DNA of 38,725 nucleotides, taken from the IMG/VR virus record IMGVR_UViG_3300014955_000002, positions 1 through 38,725 of that record; one strand, written 5' to 3'. A program made the position numbers and the translations under genes. Below, one piece after another: positions 6,861-16,700 of this stretch (within the stretch, counting starts at the first letter, position 1; each line of letters opens with the position of its first letter). This DNA comes from a virus. The notes under the pieces are model-generated. The model searched no databases and was not told where the DNA came from. It was given only the letters and a program-made list of their open reading frames with translations.

Positions 6861-7295
6861 ATGAAGGACACAAGTGATATGATCATGACCGAGCTTCCCG
6901 AGGAGAAGCTCCATCTTTCCTTCTCTGAGTGGCTTACCCTTTTTCTTGTTTTCTCCGGCGCCGTTGGCGGCGGCTATTCCTGCATCCGCATTTTGGAGCA
7001 CTTCAGCGTGTCCTATGGCATCTGCAGATTGTTCGGTTTCCTTTACTGGGTATTGTATTGCTGTCTGGTGGTATCCCGCCTGCGTACAAAGTCGGATGTA
7101 CAGCGCCTGGAGGACAATGCCTATAACGAGGGTTTTCAAGCCGGGTGTGACCATGAGGCCCCCATCTCCTATGCTGCCGGTGAAAAGCGCGGCTACGACC
7201 GCGGCTATGAAAACGGTTTGTTAGATGGCCGCTCCGACGGTTGGGATCATGGTTACGAGAGTGCCTTAAAGGATCGTCAGGAGGCACAGAAATGA
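6861..7295 (+). CDS. 2-TM membrane protein with C-terminal G[YFW]xxG[YF]xxG repeats (144 aa)
   Basis: RBS TTAGGAGGTAC. TM helices WLTLFLVFSGAVGGGY and LFGFLYWVLYCCLVV. C-terminus AYNEGFQAG / RGYDRGYENG / DGWDHGYESA (a GxxxG-type repeat as seen in FliH/Yae1-like segments). Its stop overlaps the integrase ATG (ATGA). Confidence 0.75.
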   Translation: MKDTSDMIMTELPEEKLHLSFSEWLTLFLVFSGAVGGGYSCIRILEHFSVSYGICRLFGFLYWVLYCCLVVSRLRTKSDVQRLEDNAYNEGFQAGCDHEAPISYAAGEKRGYDRGYENGLLDGRSDGWDHGYESALKDRQEAQK

Positions 7296-8749
7296 CGGAT
7301 TATAAGACCGCCGCCGCGTACATCCGCGTGTCCACCGATGAGCAGACGGAGCTCTCCCCTGCCTCCCAGCTGGTGGAGATACGCAAATGGGGCGCGCAGA
7401 ACGGTTATATCGTGCCGGATGAATATGTGTTTGTGGATGAGGCGAAGTCCGGCAAGAAGACCACCGGCCGCGACAACTTCCGCCGGCTCATCGCCACCGC
7501 CAAGTCCAAGCCAAAGCCCTTTGAGGCGATTTTGCTTTGGAAGTTTTCCCGCTTCGCCCGCAACAGAGACGATGCTGTATACTTTAAGTCTATCCTGCGC
7601 AAGCAGCTGAAGATCGAGGTCCTGTCCATAAAGGAGCCCATCGAGGAGGGAAAGATGGGCGTCATCATGGAGGCCATGATCGAGGCCATGGACGAATACT
7701 ACAGCTTGAATCTGGCGGAGGATGTGAAGCGTGGAATGGAGGAAAATCACCGCCGGGGAAATTGGCAGTCCTCCCCGCCCTTCGGCTATCGCGTCGAGGA
7801 TCACCGGCTTGTCATCGAGGACTCCGAGGCCGTTTATGTCCAGGAGCTTTTTCGGCGCTACCTCCATGGCGACGGTTTTTTCCCCTTGGCCAAGTATCTA
7901 AATGACATGGGCTGCCGCACCCATCGCGGCAGCCCCTTTGAAAATAGGACCGTGGAGTATATTCTCCGCAACCCGGTCTATACCGGGTTGATCCGCTGGA
8001 ATCCCGCCGGCCGCACCCGCCGGGATTACGACAACCCTAATATCGTCCTGGTGCCCGGAACGCACCCGCCCCTTATCACCCGTGAGGAATTTGACGCCGT
8101 GCAGATCCGCATCGCCCAGCAGAAGGCCATCACTCCCTACCGCTCCAAGCCCCTGAAAAAGAATACGGACTGGCTCTCCGGCATCGTGCGCTGCGCCTCC
8201 TGCGGCAGCACGCTGATCTTTTCCGCCCCCCATTATTGGAAGTGTAATAATTTTGTGCGGGGCCGCTGCCGTACCTCCCAGCACATTTCGGCAGAGCTCC
8301 TGAAGGACGCCATTCTCCGCCGCCTGCAGGCGGATGCCTCCACGGCCGAGGATATATCCTTTGAGATCCTCCGGCCCGGCCGCCGGGAGGATGATGTCCT
8401 CTCCGGCCTTCACCAGCAGCGGGCTGCCGCCCAGCGCCGCTTCGACCGGCTCCGGGAGGCCTACCTTGCCGGTGTGGAGACCCTGGAGGAATATAAGGCC
8501 GCCAAGGAGGAGACCGCCCGGCTCATCCAGCAGCTGGATGCCTCCATTGCAGAGGCGGCCTCTGATGCCCGCTCCCGGGCCGACAAGGACGCCCTGCGCA
8601 CAGCCGTCCGCCATACCCTTGCCACGCTCCTGGATGAGGAGGCGTCTACGGAGGCCAAGTCCACCGCCATCCGCTCCATCGCCGAGCGCATCGTATGGGA
8701 CAAGGCCCAAAACACCCTTACCATCCACTACCGCCTCGTGCTGGACTAA
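7292..8749 (+). CDS. int: Large serine recombinase (phage integrase), 485 aa
   Basis: N-terminal resolvase catalytic domain AAAYIRVSTDEQ (Ser nucleophile) and LLWKFSRFARN. Recombinase domain PFGYR...NPVYTG. Zinc-ribbon CASCGS...KCNNFVRGRC. C-terminal coiled coil. RBS AGGAGG 7 nt upstream of ATG 7292. Confidence 0.95.
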   Translation: MTDYKTAAAYIRVSTDEQTELSPASQLVEIRKWGAQNGYIVPDEYVFVDEAKSGKKTTGRDNFRRLIATAKSKPKPFEAILLWKFSRFARNRDDAVYFKSILRKQLKIEVLSIKEPIEEGKMGVIMEAMIEAMDEYYSLNLAEDVKRGMEENHRRGNWQSSPPFGYRVEDHRLVIEDSEAVYVQELFRRYLHGDGFFPLAKYLNDMGCRTHRGSPFENRTVEYILRNPVYTGLIRWNPAGRTRRDYDNPNIVLVPGTHPPLITREEFDAVQIRIAQQKAITPYRSKPLKKNTDWLSGIVRCASCGSTLIFSAPHYWKCNNFVRGRCRTSQHISAELLKDAILRRLQADASTAEDISFEILRPGRREDDVLSGLHQQRAAAQRRFDRLREAYLAGVETLEEYKAAKEETARLIQQLDASIAEAASDARSRADKDALRTAVRHTLATLLDEEASTEAKSTAIRSIAERIVWDKAQNTLTIHYRLVLD

Positions 8750-8762
8750 TTTTTTACCCCAA

Positions 8763-8810
8763 ATAGCAGTTTAACGGCGTCAGGTGGCCCTGATGCCGTT
8801 AAACTGCTAT
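8763..8810. terminator. 22-bp-stem hairpin between the convergent integrase and cassette genes: bidirectional terminator and/or attP candidate
   Basis: atagcagtttaacggcgtcagg (8763-8784), loop tggc, cctgatgccgttaaactgctat (8789-8810). One G.U position. Followed by a T-rich tract, ctttcccttttacc. Confidence 0.7.
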
Positions 8811-8819
8811 CTTTCCCTT

Positions 8820-9119
8820 TTACCGCTCGATCATGTTGATCTTCGCCATGATCTCCGCCTTTTTGTCCTCTAACCTCTTCCACATCCAGTTCCACATCTT
8901 TTTGATGGTTTCGTCGTTGGAAGAGGAGGCGATTTTGCTTGCCGCGTCTTCGAGGTTTTCAGCATGCTGCAGCTCCTGCTTCGCCATCTCTGAAAACATC
9001 CTTGTCGCGTTGGCATCATGGCCCTTCATGCTCCCGGCGACCTCCGCATAGTGCTTCGCACCGTGCAGCTCGTCCCAGGCATCGTCTACGGTATTTTGGA
9101 TATGCTCCATATAGTCCAT
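8820..9119 (-). CDS. Hypothetical helical protein (99 aa) with DxxH / ExxH motifs (ferritin-like?)
   Basis: ATG at 9119 with GGAGG 6 nt upstream. WDELHGAKHYAE and AKQELQHAENL. Lower GC than the genome average. Last gene of the 4-gene cassette. Confidence 0.7.
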   Translation of the reverse strand: MDYMEHIQNTVDDAWDELHGAKHYAEVAGSMKGHDANATRMFSEMAKQELQHAENLEDAASKIASSSNDETIKKMWNWMWKRLEDKKAEIMAKINMIER

Positions 9120-9120
9120 A

Positions 9121-9441
9121 TCACGCCTCCATGATGTGCCGATATAGTTTTTCTACATCGTCCGCATTGAGTCGGTACCCCATCAGCTCCACATTTCCGC
9201 AGTGCTGCATGGCGGTCATGGCGCGGTCCTTCGCTACCTCCATGTCAAAGAGGCCGTCGGCGTTCTTGATGCCGTCCAGCACGGGCAGCCCGTCCAGCTT
9301 GCCCATGTATCGGTCGATGATCCCCGGCAGGGACGGCATCATAAAGTATGCCGCAAACTTGCCAAGGCCCGTTGACTTTTGGCAAAACTCCGCCTCATAG
9401 TAAGAAGCGACACCTCGCTTGATCTGATCCAGAGTTACCAT
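9121..9441 (-). CDS. Hypothetical protein (106 aa)
   Basis: Track ORF with codon usage consistent with its neighbours and a 1-nt gap to the downstream gene. No family recognised. Confidence 0.7.
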   Translation of the reverse strand: MVTLDQIKRGVASYYEAEFCQKSTGLGKFAAYFMMPSLPGIIDRYMGKLDGLPVLDGIKNADGLFDMEVAKDRAMTAMQHCGNVELMGYRLNADDVEKLYRHIMEA

Positions 9442-9453
9442 TTCCGCACCGCC

Positions 9454-9912
9454 TTACCCATTCACGCAGCTGTCAACGATGATGTCGGAGGTACCGCCCG
9501 TGATCGCGCTGCCGGACAGCCGCACCTGCAGATTCAGGGGGCAGTTGGTGGGCGCACTCTGGCAGTTTGCGAAAACTCGCACCATCTTTGCAAGCGTCAG
9601 GTTAAAGGTCCCGGCCCCGGAGGCCGTGGTGGTCACTTCCGCCAAAGGCGTTCCGTTGGCCAGCAGCGTCATGGTCACCTCTCCGGCAGCTGCCACCGCC
9701 ACGGAGGCGGAGTAGATCACCTTGTAGTATCCCTTACTGGTCAGCACAATGGTGTTCGTGCCGGAGGTGGTCGTCTCAAAGGGGGATGCGCCGCAGCAGT
9801 TGTTGTCGGAGATCTTCCGCGTGATGTTCCCAAAGGGCATGAGCTCTCCGATCGCCATGGCGCCGATGGCTCCGTTTTGCAGCTCGATCATTCGATAATT
9901 CTTGCAGGACAT
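9454..9912 (-). CDS. Cys-rich beta-rich protein (152 aa), possibly BclA-C / C1q-TNF-like jelly roll
   Basis: ATG at 9912 with GGAAAGGAG upstream (the track start at 10083 is an upstream extension). IVLTSKGYYKVIYSASVAVAAAGEVTMTLLANGTPLAEV resembles BclA C-terminal/C1q-like strands. Seven Cys, including NNCCG and NCQSAPTNC. Confidence 0.65.
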   Translation of the reverse strand: MSCKNYRMIELQNGAIGAMAIGELMPFGNITRKISDNNCCGASPFETTTSGTNTIVLTSKGYYKVIYSASVAVAAAGEVTMTLLANGTPLAEVTTTASGAGTFNLTLAKMVRVFANCQSAPTNCPLNLQVRLSGSAITGGTSDIIVDSCVNG

Positions 9913-9955
9913 ATTAAATCTCCTTTCCTTTTGGGGAGGCGGTTGCCTCCCCTGT

Positions 9956-10453
9956 TCAGATGTTGCCGGCGCAGGAATTGCAGCCGGACTTGCCAAAGTC
10001 GCAGATGGCGCTGGAGGGGATCGCGGTCTTGGTGATGCTGGCCAAGGTGGCGGTGACGCTCTGCACCTGGCTCGACAGCACATTCAGGCCGCTGTTGACA
10101 TTGGCGTTGATCACGCCCTGCTCTGCCCACTTCGCATAGGACACTTCCTTCATGTCGGAGATGTCCTTTTTCAGCTCCTTGTAGACCTCCAGGGCACTCT
10201 CGCGGGTGAACTGCTGCGCCGCAGCCAGGGCGGCGTCGGAATAGCGCTCGCTGTTGAGGCGGGCGATCTCTGCATCCTTCGCGGCCAGCTTCTCCACATT
10301 CTCCACATCGTGCATGCAGGCACAGGTGTTTTCAAATGCGGCGGGTGCTCGCACGGAATTCAGCAGGCCCTGGCCCGCAACGGCCAAGCCACCCAAGCTT
10401 GTGCCGATGATGCCAAGGGCGGTGGTGCCTCTACCGGCAATGTATTCAGCCAT
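9956..10453 (-). CDS. Hypothetical protein (165 aa): N-terminal Gly-rich hydrophobic helix, coiled coil, Cys-rich C-terminal tail
   Basis: ATG at 10453 with TTAGGAGGTTTTTTGTT upstream. TTALGIIGTSLGGLAVAG hydrophobic segment and C-terminus AICDFGKSGCNSCAGNI. A hairpin ggggaggc-ggtt-gcctcccc (9933-9952) separates it from the next gene. Confidence 0.65.
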   Translation of the reverse strand: MAEYIAGRGTTALGIIGTSLGGLAVAGQGLLNSVRAPAAFENTCACMHDVENVEKLAAKDAEIARLNSERYSDAALAAAQQFTRESALEVYKELKKDISDMKEVSYAKWAEQGVINANVNSGLNVLSSQVQSVTATLASITKTAIPSSAICDFGKSGCNSCAGNI

Positions 10454-10511
10454 AACAAAAAACCTCCTAAAATGTATTTTGGTCGGCCAACCTATGCTTA
10501 TAGTGTACATT

Positions 10512-10550
10512 AAAAAGGACACGGGAGCGGTTTACTCCCGTGTCCTTTTT
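10512..10550 (-). terminator. Intrinsic terminator ending the long late operon (symmetric, so also functional on the plus strand)
   Basis: aaaaa-ggacacgggag (10517-10527), loop cggttta, ctcccgtgtcc (10535-10545), then ttttt. An 11-bp GC-rich stem flanked by A5 and T5. Confidence 0.8.
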
Positions 10551-10553
10551 GGC

Positions 10554-10748
10554 TCATTTCCGGCTCAGCTTCTCCCTGATGCTGCACAGTATCCTTTTTA
10601 CCGTAGAGCGGGAGCAGTACATTTCGGCCGCGATGTCCTCGATGTACCATCCTCTCCTGTAAAAAAGATCTATCACCCGTAGCTCCCTGTCCGTCCACCA
10701 GGTCCCCTGATCTGCCTGTGCCAGCTTCGCCCATTCGGATTTTTTCAT
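10554..10748 (-). CDS. Small sigma-70 region-4-like HTH protein (64 aa)
   Basis: WTDRELRVIDLFYRRGWYIEDIAAEMYCSRSTVKRILCSIREKL fits the sigma r4/LuxR-type pattern (T.RE..V..L.y..g....IA.....S..TV.r). Last gene before the terminator. Confidence 0.75.
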   Translation of the reverse strand: MKKSEWAKLAQADQGTWWTDRELRVIDLFYRRGWYIEDIAAEMYCSRSTVKRILCSIREKLSRK

Positions 10749-10790
10749 GTGGCGTCACCTCTTTCGTGTGTCGCCCCATGCTTTCACATT

Positions 10791-13700
10791 TTACTTTGAC
10801 AGCACCGGCATCCTTTCACCGGTGCTCTGCGTTCTTCCCGACAGCACCGGCATCTTCTCGCCTCCTCCTTGCACCTCTGCTTTTTTCGACAGTATCGGCA
10901 TTTTTTCCTGCTTTTTTGACAGTATCGGCATGGTCTCCATGTATCTCACACCGCTGTACCACGGCGCTTTGCCCAGGGTTTTTTCGGAATAGCCGTTGGC
11001 AAAATACAGCGCGTTTTTCTGCTCTTCTGTCAGATCCAATGCGTCAATAGCCGCCAGCTTTTCCTCTCTCTTGTTCATTCCCTGCACGGCCTGCCGATAA
11101 AGGTAATACTGCGCAGGTGTTATCCCGGCATCCATCTCAAGCTCCGCCTGGGTGATAAGGTCCCTGTCGCTGGCCAGGTCTGCAAAATAGAGCTCCGCTT
11201 GCTCATCTTCGGAAAGTCCCGAATTCGCAAGGTATTGCATCTTCAGGTAGGCGGCGCTGCCGTTTTTTGTCGATTGCAGGTCCTTTGTGTCGAAATAGTA
11301 GTTGTAGAAGGCATCATAGGCGACGCCGCTTTGCTTTGCGCTTTGTGCCTTGGCGTATACATCCTTGTTGTAGAGCTGCAGCGCGTACTCTGCGCCGAAG
11401 CATTCCCTGTTTGCGTTCCGATAGGCCGTGTCCGCATCCAAGCCGGCGGAAAGATACTTCTCCACCGCCTCCCGGTAAACATCCTCGGCCGCCATGGCAT
11501 TCTTTTGGATACCCGTCACGATGGCCTTCAGCTCTCTTACCTGCCTGAGCTTTTCCTTGTTGTTCAGCTCCCTGGAGGCCTCCACCTCTCTGATCTGCTT
11601 CCAGATGTCCGAGCAGGCCGACTGCTGTTTGCTCCACCACCGGCTTACCACTCCCGCCGCTTCATCGCCTCCGTTTTTTGCATACTTCAGGGCGTTTGCC
11701 TCATCGTAAAAGTCGCCGCTTACCCGGTTGCTGCTCTGCACATCCACCGTGAAGGCCTTTGCCAGCGGGTTTCTTTCTGCTTGGGGCGTCAGCACCGGCA
11801 GCAGGAAGTCTCCCAGCACGCCGCTGTACTGATCCAGCACATAGTTCAGCTTTTTAGGAGAGATGCCCAGCGCCTTGCCTACTGCCTTGGAGAAGTCATC
11901 CGTGCTGCTGTCGTAGCGTTCGCCAGGCGCGTAATTCTGCAGCCGCTGGCTCTCGATGTTGCCGCCGTACCATGTGCGCCCCGGGCTGTCCGGGTTCAGC
12001 AGCTGCGAGTCGATGAGCGCGGAGAAGATATTGCTTGTCAGCGGATTGGCCGGTGCCACCTGGTTTCCCATTGTATTCAGCGTGGATAGGATGTCCACCT
12101 TTTCACCCTTTGCCGCATCCATCACCCGGTCGGCCGCGATCCCGAACAGAGAAAGCTCTCTTCCCTTCGGGATCTTCAGCCAATAGCCGTTTCGCAGCTT
12201 GAACATGTAGTTGGTGTCCTTGTCGCTGTCTCTCAGGTCGTCCCATTCCTCATCGTCATGGTAAAGGAGCGCATTCAGGAGGGCCGGCGCAATGCCCAGC
12301 GCCGCCGCGCGGATCACCAGCTTTGTCCATTCCTTCGCGCCCTTGGTCTCGGCCACCCGCCGGATGAGCTTGTCAAAGCCCTGCACCCCCGGGTTCAGGA
12401 AGGGCACATAGTTGGCATTCAGCACCTTACCCAGCGTGCCGCTTCGGCCGAAGTTTACGGTCACATCCGCCGCTGCATAGAGCGCGTCCGCTCTTGCCGC
12501 CATGTCGCTGACGGTCTCTCCCCGCTGCTTGGCCTCTTCCGCCTTTTCCAGCACGCCGATAAACTCTGCCAGCCGCGGCGCCTGCTCGGCGGCCATGTTC
12601 AGCGCCTCCATCCGTGCCGCGAACTTCCCCAGTTTTCCCTTGGGCTCCCGCACGGTTCCCGTTGCATAGTCGAATACGGAGGAGTATACGCCGCCCATGG
12701 ATTTATAGAGCTGCCAGTATGCGCCTTCGTTGCGGATCTCGTTGATGGCCCGGGGATAGTTTTTCGCAAAGGCCGCCGCGTCGCGGGTATTCAGCCCGGC
12801 GGTCTGCAGGTCTCGGATGATATTCCGCGCCAGGAAGGCGGGATTATAGCCCGTCACCAGGGACTTAAAGAGGTTGTTGGCGCTTCTTGCCATTTTGGTC
12901 AGTCTGTTGCTCTCCCTTGCATCGGGGGAGAGCGCCTTCACCGCGTCAAACAGAGTGTCGTCCACTGTCATCTCCCAGAGCTTCCCATCCATGTACGCCG
13001 TCACCGTCTTGTCCTTTGTCGGCCGTTCCACAGCGGCGTCGTTCAGCGCGTCCGGGTTAAACTCGTAGCGGTGCTGGCTCGCCTCCTTTACATAGCGGTT
13101 GATCTGCTCGGTGTCACCCGCCTGCAGATAGCTGCGCAGCAGCCGGTCTGCGAAGCGGTTTTTGCTGCCCTCTCTCACCACTTTCATGGTCTGCTTTCCC
13201 ATCGCCTGGTGCAGCGGCATCAGGCGGCTGTTTCCGCCCTGGGCCCGTCCCACCGTTTTTCCGATGCGCACGGTGTTCAGCGCCCGCCCTCTTCCGGCGC
13301 CGTCGTCGGTGTTCATCCGCATGGTGGGCACATAGTTGGGATAGTATGTCTTGAGGAAGTCCGCGTCCTCCTGCGTCATCAGCCCGCTGTCCACGCGGTA
13401 TTGCATCAGGTTGTCGATGTATTTCCGCACCTGTGCCTGATACTCGGTAAACTCCGGATGTTCCCGCAGCAGCCGCTCCGCCCGGGCCCGGCTATCCTCC
13501 GCCGTGAACTCGTAGTCAAACACCGGCTTGTCCTTGATGTCCTCCGCCCGGTCCAGCTCCCGCAGCAGCCGTTCCCGTTCTCTGGCCAGCTCCGCGATCT
13601 CCGGATCCGTGTTCTCTGTCATCCGGTGCAGCTGGGCGGCGGTGTCCGTTTTAATGTCCGGGTTGTTGGCATCGAACTCCCGCAGGGCTTCCCGGGCCTT

Positions 13701-16700
13701 CTCCACCTTCTCCATTTTGTTTTTGCTCAAGCTCATGCGCTCGATGTTGTGGAGATCGAACATGTAGGTCTCAAATGCCCGGTAGTAGTCCCCGCCCTTG
13801 GCCCGGATGGGGAGGAACACATCAGTCAAGCTGTCTCCTACCCTCTGCCCTAAAACATTGGTCTGCGCCTCCGTGATCATGTTCACCCCCGCCGAGCTGG
13901 ACGCCCGGGCCTGGTTGTAGAACTGGTATAGGTAGGGGTCGCCCATGGCCTCCGCCAGTTTGGTGACGCTATGGCCGGCATCCACCATCTTGCGATAGAA
14001 GTAGTCCCAGGCCTCCCGTGCCGCCGCTCTGGCGCTCTCCTTCTTTGGCAGGGCTTCATCCAGCACCATGTCGGCGGTCATTTCCTCCTTTGTGCCGATG
14101 CGGTTCGCCTGGTCTTCAAACAAGCTCGCCAGCTCGTCCAGGTCCGCCTGGGTCAGCTGCTCCCTCGTCCCGATCTCCGGCGGCGCCTCCGTTTTCTCCA
14201 GCCCCCGGAGCTTGGCATCATATACGGCGTCCGACAGCGTGTAGGGGTCTCCCGAAAATACATTCTCGTCCCGGGCCAGCTTGTCCAGATAGTCGTCTAC
14301 CTCCGCCCGCTCCGTCTCGGAGAGCGGGCTTTCCGTGCTTTCCGGCGGGGCGTCTTCCCGGTTTTCATAGCCGTACACCTCCTGCCAAGTCATGGCCTCC
14401 GCCGGGTCCGCCTTGTTTTTCCGGATGATGCTGCCGTCCTGCACAAGGGACGGGGCCTCCGCCGTCACCGGCCCGGTGTACTGCCCCTGGATCTCGTCGA
14501 CCCACGCCACATCCTCCAGCGGCACCCGCTTGCTGTAAACGGCTTCTTCGCCCGCGTAGTTTTTTGCCTCCATCTGCGAGGGTGTAACAAACGCGCCCGG
14601 CTCGATCGGATGGCTGCTGTACACGGTGACCTCTCCGCTGTCCAGTGCCTTTTGCACATCCGCCGCCACGAAGTCCGGTGTCACATCGCCGATTCCGCCG
14701 TAATTGTCAATGGCCTCCTGATAGGTCAGAATGTCCTCCGGCGTCTTGATCCAGGTGTGGTTTCCCAACTCCTCGTCAAAGGGATTGGTCTGTTCAATGA
14801 CTGCGAACTGTGCCTCTTTCCTGCCGTTTTCCTGTTTGCTCAGCACTGGCATTTCTTCCGGGATGTATTCCGCGCCCTGCACGGCGGCGCTTTCCTGCAC
14901 CTTCGTCGTTTCGGCATTCAAAAGTGCCTTCCACGCTTCCGCCGTGAGATTTCCGTTTCCTGCATTGACAAGGCGCTGCAGCCCTTCTAAGCCCTCTTTG
15001 CCGTAAACATCTCGGAGGAAGGCCTCCGCCGTATCCGGCGACACAACATCCTGCCTTACCTCCTCCGATACGGCAAGCACCGCGTCCATTGCCGGTGTCT
15101 GCGCGCGCTTCGCGGTGATCTCCGCATCCAGCTCCGCGCTGAGGGCATCGCTCCGGCTGAGCATCTGGTCAAACATGTACTCCGAAATGCTGGGCGGCCT
15201 CGTTTCCTCCGTCCACTTTACCCCCTCCTGGGCAGCCACATTATTTGTCGCACGCTCCGCGCCGCCGGCGAGCGGTTCCGTATTGACACTTTTCTGTCCC
15301 TGTGGTATCATGTGTTCAATAGAGGGCTCGATGTTAGCTACATGGTTGCGCGGTGTTTCCGCGGGCGTGTCTGATGCGACATTCGGGCCTTCTTCTTTTT
15401 TGAAAATCATATTGCCCTGCGCATCTACCGCCTCATGAAGATAGTACCTATTTGCTGTGTCTTTTATGACAATAACTGTTACATATGTTTTCTCTCCTCT
15501 ATATTCTACCGGCGCAGCAAACACAAAACTGTCATATCCCCGCCCTTTCCAGTTCGGTGTATAGTTGATTTGTTTTCCTTTTTCAATTACGCCCGGTACA
15601 GCCGCAGAAAGTTCTATTTTTGCGTTTCCAATTCCGTGCCCGATCATGCTGTTCTTTACCTTTCCTTTTGAAAACAGCACATCTCCAAAACCTTCCCGCC
15701 ATACCTTTCCTCCTATACTCTGAAAAAAATTGTACACCCTTTCTGTAACTTTTCCGTTTTTTCCGATTTCTTCGCCCGTCACACGCACTACCGGCTCCAT
15801 ATTTTCAATAGACTTCATATTGGATTGCAGTAGCCGTAGTGCTCCTTCTGCATCGCTCGTAGTATTATTGTTGAAGGCCTTTGCTGCCTCTCTCTGCTGG
15901 TATGCCTTTCCTTCTGCATCCACCAGCTGCGGCACCTCCACGGTGCCCTGCGTTGTCGTGCCATCCTGCACCGCCGCCGCTTTTCCGGCGCGGATGCCGC
16001 GCGCCAGTTGAGGACTCCCGCCGATAGCGCCCATGGCAGCGCCAAGCAGGAAGTCATAGCCCCACTGTGCCACATCCTCCGGGGAATAGATTTTCCCCTT
16101 CCCCTCATCCAATTTCAAAATACGGTCCGCCAGCGGGTTCAGCAGGTCGCTTGTCACTTCCTCCACGCCTTCGCCCGCCGCATTTACGATCCATGTCAAA
16201 AGCGCTTGTCCGGTGGGATTTCTCGTCATCTTGCCCACCATCTTTTCCACGATCTCGTCTGCCGCCGCGCCGCCGTAGATCTTCGAGAAAGCGCCGAACA
16301 TCTTCTCTGTCATCACTTCGATGCCGGCGCTTTTAAGTCCTGCGATGAACTGCTGCTTTTGGTCTTTTCCCTCCCGGCGCGCCTCGCCCGCCGCTTGACC
16401 ATAGGAGCGCATGCCCATCATGGCAAGGCCGCTTCCCGGCAGCACCAGGTTCGCAATGGCGTCTCCGGCCATTTGCGTGCCCGTCACGCCCATATCTACC
16501 AGGAAGCGCCCCACGGTACCCAGGTCCTCCTTTGCCTCCTGCTGGTACCGCTGAGACTGCTCTGCAAGGCGCGTAGCGGTTTCAAATGTTTTTTGCTGGT
16601 TGCCCTTCCGCTTCTCCCGTCGCTCCTTCTCCATGCGCCGGATGCTCTGGGTCATGTCCGTTCCGTTTTCCCGGTACTCCTTGGCGGCCCGGCCCAGGTC

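Noticed and set aside
9956-10030. The Ser/Thr/Cys-rich C-terminal tail (TKTAIPSSAICDFGKSGCNSCAGNI), considered as a lanthipeptide-like core
   Set aside because: The would-be leader is about 140 aa. No LanB/C/M/KC, protease or transporter genes are in the genome. The Cys residues are more simply explained as disulfide or metal sites of a structural or surface protein.
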